Positions 9,697 through 14,002 of a DNA stretch of 14,002 nt are shown here, piece by piece. Where the stretch lies: positions 1 through 14,002 of the forward strand of contig NW_021826016.1 in NCBI RefSeq assembly GCF_006345805.1, read 5' to 3'. A model generated the notes under the pieces. It was not told where the DNA came from. It saw only the letters and a list, made by a program, of their open reading frames with translations, and ran no database searches. Position numbers and translations under genes: made by a program. Position 1 is the stretch's first letter; each line of letters starts with the position of its first letter. Source of the stretch: Octopus sinensis (taxonomy: Eukaryota).

Positions 9697-10399
9697 TATA
9701 TTGGAAGAACTGAAACAAAGAGTAATTTCAAAGAAAGCTAAGGTATCCAGGTATGAGCCGCGAATTAAGCAATTCCGACAAAACAAGCTCTACAGGTTGG
9801 ACCAAAAGAAATTCTAACAGGAAATTAATGGAAGGTTAGAAACAGAAGAGTTAATACCAATTGAACAGTAATGTAAAAAGCTTTGGGGGTAATATTTGGA
9901 ATAAAAGGGGAAAACACAACAGAAATGCTGAAAGATCTAACGAGAACCACCGTATATCCGAAACACTCAGAAATTACAATTACGGAGAACGAAATTCGAT
10001 AAAGAAGTGAACGTATGAACAACTGAAAGCCACCACTGGGCCCAGACAAAGTGCAGGGCTATTTGATAACAAAGATTAAGGGATGCCACGCAAAGATAGT
10101 AAGGCAGTTTAACATCCTGATAGGGAATGGGAAAGAAATATCAGGGTGGCGGGGGTTGTTGTGGAAAATGACCACGCCAAGATTTTATGGGACTTTATGG
10201 TACAATGTGACTATGAAACCGAACACCACAAACCAGATATTATGATGATTAACAAAGTCAACAGTGTTTGATTGTAGAGATATTGTACTAGACTGCACGG
10301 TCTGCTACACATAATACCGAATACCTGTTTAGTTGTGTTACAGTCTAAAACGTCGCTTCTTAAAGCGGTCCATATAGAGCACCGGTGGGTGAATAAACT

Positions 10400-11360
10400 T
10401 TCGGCAGTGATTAATAAAATCTTAAAAGGTGTAAAAGTACTACTCTGTATTTATTAATGCTTTTTATGACAAGTAAACAATCATTTCTTGATCATGTAAA
10501 CCAGTTGCCAGATATTGAGCACATAGCAATATACCTAATCGGATGTGATGGCCACTAGTAATGTGCCATTCATGTATAACCTGTTCAAAGCGTACTGAGC
10601 TTTGTTAGTCCTGCTTCATGTTTCCTAATTTATCACTAAGAACAGAATTAGAGCCTTGCAAGAATTCAACAATTTAAAAGGGGGGATAGAATATTCCAGG
10701 CGTTTTCCCAATTATCATCCATCGAACTTCTATATGCAACAACAAAAGTTAAAAATTTTTATCATTCTCAACACAGAGCTGTTGAAACAGAAGGGAATCG
10801 AGAGCATTTGTTTTGGTTTTATTTACTGTTGTGGTAACAGTGTTCAATGATTTGTTAAGTCTACCACACAGGTTATTTGTAACGTGTCTAAACACCATCT
10901 ACAACATTTTCAATAAACTGATGAAGCAGCGATCACAATCTACCATCGATGGTGATCCATCTATTGCTCAAAACCGAAATACTGACTCCTCTTCTGTACC
11001 TGCTTCTCCTTGTCTTACAAATAACAGGTATTGAACCAAATGTCAATCTTTGGCAAAGCAAACATAAGCAAGAAATAAGCATTGCTTTTCAAGAGCCATC
11101 ATCTAACTGAGAGCTAAATGTGGTTGTTTTGTTTATGCTGCATATAACTTAAGTGTTATAATATTCCACATTTTTAAAACATGTACTACCCAGGTTTAGA
11201 GATTTCCTTTTTCGGCTTATTCTCCCATTTTTGATCCACCTTTTTTTTTCTCAAAATTTCTCCTATTTAATTTCAAAATGTAACTAAGGATTGGACCATC
11301 ATTTTTAAAGAAAGCGCATTCAGTTTGTTTGAAAACTGAATAAGGGATGACTTTTAGAAA
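10400..11360 (-). pseudogene. hAT (Charlie/Buster, ZBED/SCAND3-like) transposase fossil
   Basis: Minus-strand blocks in the expected order: TTFSSQLDD, CLFLAYVCF, AIDGSPSMV, and GRLNKSLNTVTTTVNKTKTNALDSLLFQQLCVENDKNF*LLLLHIEVRWMIIGK, matching the hallmark LLHTEVRWLSKG. Core ~10620-11130; outer bounds are approximate. Confidence 0.8.
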
Positions 11361-11399
11361 TGCTCGAGAGTGGCTACAAGTTGACTAGCACCAAGTTGT

Positions 11400-11452
11400 G
11401 TTTGTGTGTATACACCACACGCACACACACACACACATACATGTGTATATAA

Positions 11453-11484
<32 letters not shown>
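11400..11484. repeat. (GT)/(CA)/(TA) compound microsatellite
   Basis: Seen directly. Confidence 0.95.
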
Positions 11485-11547
11485 CTCTTACTCTCTCTTT
11501 TACTCTTTTACTTGTTTCAGTCATCTGACTGCGGCCATGCTGGAGCA
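11485..11547 (-). mobile_element. 3'-terminal fragment of an octopus-type retroposon with a short (AAAAGAGT)-like tandem tail
   Basis: CTCTTTTACTTGTTTCAGTCATCTGACTGCGGCCATGCTGGAGCA is recognised from memory as an abundant octopus repeat end. The minus strand ends in AAAAGAGT repeats. Confidence 0.6.

Positions 11548-11551
<4 letters not shown>

Positions 11552-11605
<54 letters not shown>
11552..11605. repeat. (TA)n microsatellite, left boundary of the AT-rich island
   Basis: Seen directly. Confidence 0.97.
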
Positions 11606-13426
11606 ATAATATTAGGGAATAAATCCAAACTTACAGGGGAAAAATTAGATTTAGGATTAAATCCAATTTTATAGTATAAATATATTATATTATATTAAAT
11701 TAAATTAGAGATAAAACCATATTAGGCCAATCAAACAGTGAAAAACGTAAGCCAATACATTAAATTAATTTTAAAATATAAAAGTTAAAAATAAAAAATT
11801 ATTTAAATAATTTAAACTTATAAATTTTATATATATATACAAATATATATATATGTATGTATATTTTTATATTTATATATTATTTTATCTATTGATTAAT
11901 TAATTAATTAATTTTTTTTTAAATATCAAAAGTATTAAAAGTTTAATAAAAGATAATGAGTAAAACACTACGATCGTTCATGGCTGTACCAATTCGAATA
12001 ATAATAATTTAAATCCAATTAATAATTCGAGTTATGGTTACAGTCAATCTTCAGGTTAATTGAAATATTTTAAAATAATCAGAAATATTTAAACAATATT
12101 TTAAAGATATAAATAATATAATAATTTTACTTATAATAAACTCTATTATCAAACTAGAAACTTAAAACTTAACAATTATGATTATATCAAAATCGATTAT
12201 AATGTTAAATATTAATTTTAATTTATAAGGTAAGAAACCCACCAATAATCTAATATCGGTAATAGTCTATATCTAATTACATAAATATTTTTAAAAAATG
12301 ACTATTATATATAAATTATCAATGAAAATATAAAATGTATATAAATATTATAATTAAGAACTAAAATAAACTCTATAAATAAATATATATGCACATATAA
12401 TAAAGACCTAATAAATTAATTTTTCATATTTAAAGATGAAATAGCTAATTTCAAAAATACAAGCAAACAAACTTAAACGAACTTTCGGAAATCTTATTTA
12501 AAATACTTATAGAAATAATCAATTCGTAGTTATATAGTATCGAATAAATACTATAAATACTATAAATATAATTATCAATGGGAATAACTAGCAAATATCA
12601 ATTTTAAAAGACAATAACTAAGTTATGCTATTAAGTTAGACATGGCCTGGACCAATCTTTAGTCGAAACATATCTAAGTTTATCAAAGTTTATCTAATTT
12701 TAATTATAAGAAATTTAAAACTACAATTAATACTATTAATACATGTATATACAAAAGCCTAACTTTAGACACCTCGTATACTTGCTATCAAACAACAAAT
12801 CTATCGCTATGTAATATCTTACGAATAAACTTAAATTTAATATCTAATAATATAGAAAATTACGATAATTAGATCATTACATAAACAACGATATTTACAT
12901 AAGGAAAATATTATTACACCAAAGACTTATAAAATATTAAAATTTACAATTTAAAGATCTTAAATATAAATAAATACTTATCTTAGCGAGGTTTTGTAAT
13001 GAACTAAAATTTTGAATCGGAAAACTTCTTTACAGCGTTTATAAGAATACTCGTGGAATTACGTTATTAGCAACAAAAAAAGAATAAATTGTTGAAGAAT
13101 TCATTAAGCGTGAGGAACAAATACGCTTTATCAATGAAGATTGTGAATGGGAACATTAATGGATTATCAGTGTAAATAGAATGAAGTCACAAATAAAGAA
13201 TAAAATCACTCTATATTATAAGATTTATTAATAAAATAATTATGATAAATAATACTTAATACAAAAAAATATATATATATATAATTTAATATCTATTTTG
13301 GATATATTTGGGGTACTTAGGTCTGCTCAGGACTTAGTTCTTGCTTTTTCCATGGGTATGAGTAAGTATTTCACTTATATCTCACGTATTTATCGCTGAA
13401 GAGGGGAAAATTCTTATGAATTAACC
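11606..13426 (+). CDS. Putative ~607-codon reading frame readable only with TAA/TAG/TGA as sense codons; product unknown, both ends undefined
   Basis: Frame 2, hand translation with TAR=Q and TGA=W: IILGNKSKLTGEKLDLGLNPILQYKY...KRQWVKHYDRSWLYQFEQQQFKSNQQFELWLQSIFRLIEIFQNNQKYLNNILK...NELSEILFKILIEIINSQLYSIEQILQILQIQLSMG...VRHGLDQSLVETYLSLSKF...ELKFWIGKLLYSVYKNTRGITLLATKKEQIVEEFIKREEQIRFINEDCEWEHQW...ISILDIFGVLRSAQDLVLAFSMGMSKYFTYISRIYRWRGENSYELT. In-frame stops: about 54 TAA, 5 TAG, 7 TGA. No ATG at the start. The in-register antisense frame is a competing reading. Confidence 0.4.
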
Positions 13427-13670
13427 CCGAAATTGGGACCAATACGGTAATAACGGATTTTTTAGAAATTTCTATCGGTTTGTTTCGAGACGCATAAATT
13501 ATAATGGTTATCGATAATTTTTGTCTTTTTTTCGGCATATTTGGCATTAGAATTTTTCGTTTGCCCTCATTTTGTAAATTATTTATAAATTTAACCTTTA
13601 AAGGTTTTTTTGATATGCTGGCCATTGATAAAAAATTTTTTCCCGAAAAAAAAAATTTATCCTACATTAG

Positions 13671-13671
<1 letters not shown>
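11606..13671. other. Extremely AT-rich, non-microsatellite, 3-periodic island of probable foreign origin
   Basis: ~19% GC by hand count over 11921-12781. CpG is not depleted (about 12 seen vs ~8 expected there). It contains no recognisable host repeats and is bounded by (TA)n on both sides. Confidence 0.7.
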
Positions 13672-13715
<44 letters not shown>

Positions 13716-13742
13716 CACGCATTCACACACACACACACACAC
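13672..13742. repeat. (TA)n-(CA)n microsatellite, right boundary of the island
   Basis: Seen directly. Confidence 0.97.
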
Positions 13743-13962
13743 AAAAAGGAGTGCTGAAAACTTCCTGGCATTAAGGGTCTCGCGAAAAGCCTGGTTGAAG
13801 GCCCAATCTTCCGATCCTTTTACGGGGCTTAGAAAAACTGAATGGCTGATGCAAAATGTGTGTGAATCTGTCAGGGGAATATGTTGATTAAAATCATAAT
13901 TAACTGATCCTCCTCTACTTCCTTTTACTCAAAGCCAAGAACTCTATCAGAAACCCCTCATG
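13742..13962 (+). mobile_element. Internally deleted mariner-derived MITE
   Basis: Imperfect TIRs GGAGTGCTGAAAACTTCCTGGCATT (~13747-13771) and AAAGCCAAGAACTCTATCAGAAACCCCTC (~13931-13959). The interior encodes a mariner transposase C-terminus, GLEKLNG*CKMCVNLSGEYVD*. Confidence 0.75.
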
Positions 13963-14002
13963 TATATATTTCCCACCACAGTGGACGGGATGCCAGTCAG
14001 TT

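Larger units (their letters stand above)
7270..10290 (+). mobile_element. Decayed R4/Dong-clade (RLE-type) non-LTR retrotransposon, interrupted by (GAAA)n and a SINE dimer, RT domain deleted
   Basis: Collinear pseudo-protein blocks: [37 protein letters not shown] (7320-7474); RKNDRTDPENELIRRRV (8824-8874); KVNEVLKYIHKTNLTEINDLLKVA (9088-9159); LEELKQRVISKKAKVSRYEPRIKQFRQNKLYRLDQKKF (across the SINE); N*KPPLGPDKVQGY (10021-10062); VVENDHAKILWDFMVQCDYETEHHKPDIMMINK (10158-10256, PD-(D/E)xK RLE). Many stops and frameshifts. Confidence 0.85.

Noticed and set aside
10656-11034. Plus-strand ORFs 10656..10850 and 10813..11034
   Set aside because: They are antisense to the hAT transposase fossil.
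11606-11632. IILGNKSKL as a small-GTPase G4 (NKxD) motif
   Set aside because: The essential Asp is missing and no other G motifs are present.
11606-11760. Minus-strand mini-ORF MYWLTFFTVWLA*YGFISNLI*...IGFNPKSNFSPVSLDLFP
   Set aside because: It also needs recoded stops, overlaps the better G1-rich plus frame, and has no recognisable homology. Kept only as an alternative reading.
11606-13300. Island as a cephalopod NUMT (host mitochondrial DNA)
   Set aside because: No frame is open under the invertebrate mitochondrial code, and I recognised no cox, cob, nad or rRNA motif.
11606-13426. Island as a C-to-T hypermutated (RIP- or CpG-decay-like) pseudogene explaining TAA/TAG/TGA
   Set aside because: Disfavoured but not excluded: CpG is not depleted, many CAA/CAG codons persist, and it would need an ancestral Gln content near 12%.

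Overview
Eukaryotic, repeat-saturated, apparently non-genic DNA. The SINE, LINE and MITE families look like octopus-type cephalopod repeats (recognised from memory, not searched). I found no host protein-coding exon; the supplied ORFs are microsatellite translations, retroelement or transposon fragments, or unsupported short frames. Contents: many microsatellites; two 5'-truncated L1/Tx1-like LINE 3' ends (minus); several tRNA-derived SINEs, including a dimer with a 14-bp TSD; a decayed R4/Dong-type (RLE) retrotransposon at ~7270-10290, split by a 1.36-kb (GAAA)n tract and the SINE dimer and missing its RT domain; a hAT transposase fossil; and Tc1/mariner-type and other MITEs. The standout is a ~2-kb, ~19% GC island at 11606-13671, bounded on both sides by (TA)n. 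It has no long standard-code ORF but shows clear 3-nt periodicity. It reads as ~607 protein-like codons in + frame 2 only if TAA, TAG and TGA are all sense codons (e.g. Gln/Gln/Trp). It may be foreign protist or organellar DNA with a stop-recoded genetic code, either inserted or mis-assembled into the host. A second notable signal is a hairpin-forming ~45-nt 3' tail shared by the SINE and the L1/Tx1-like LINE.
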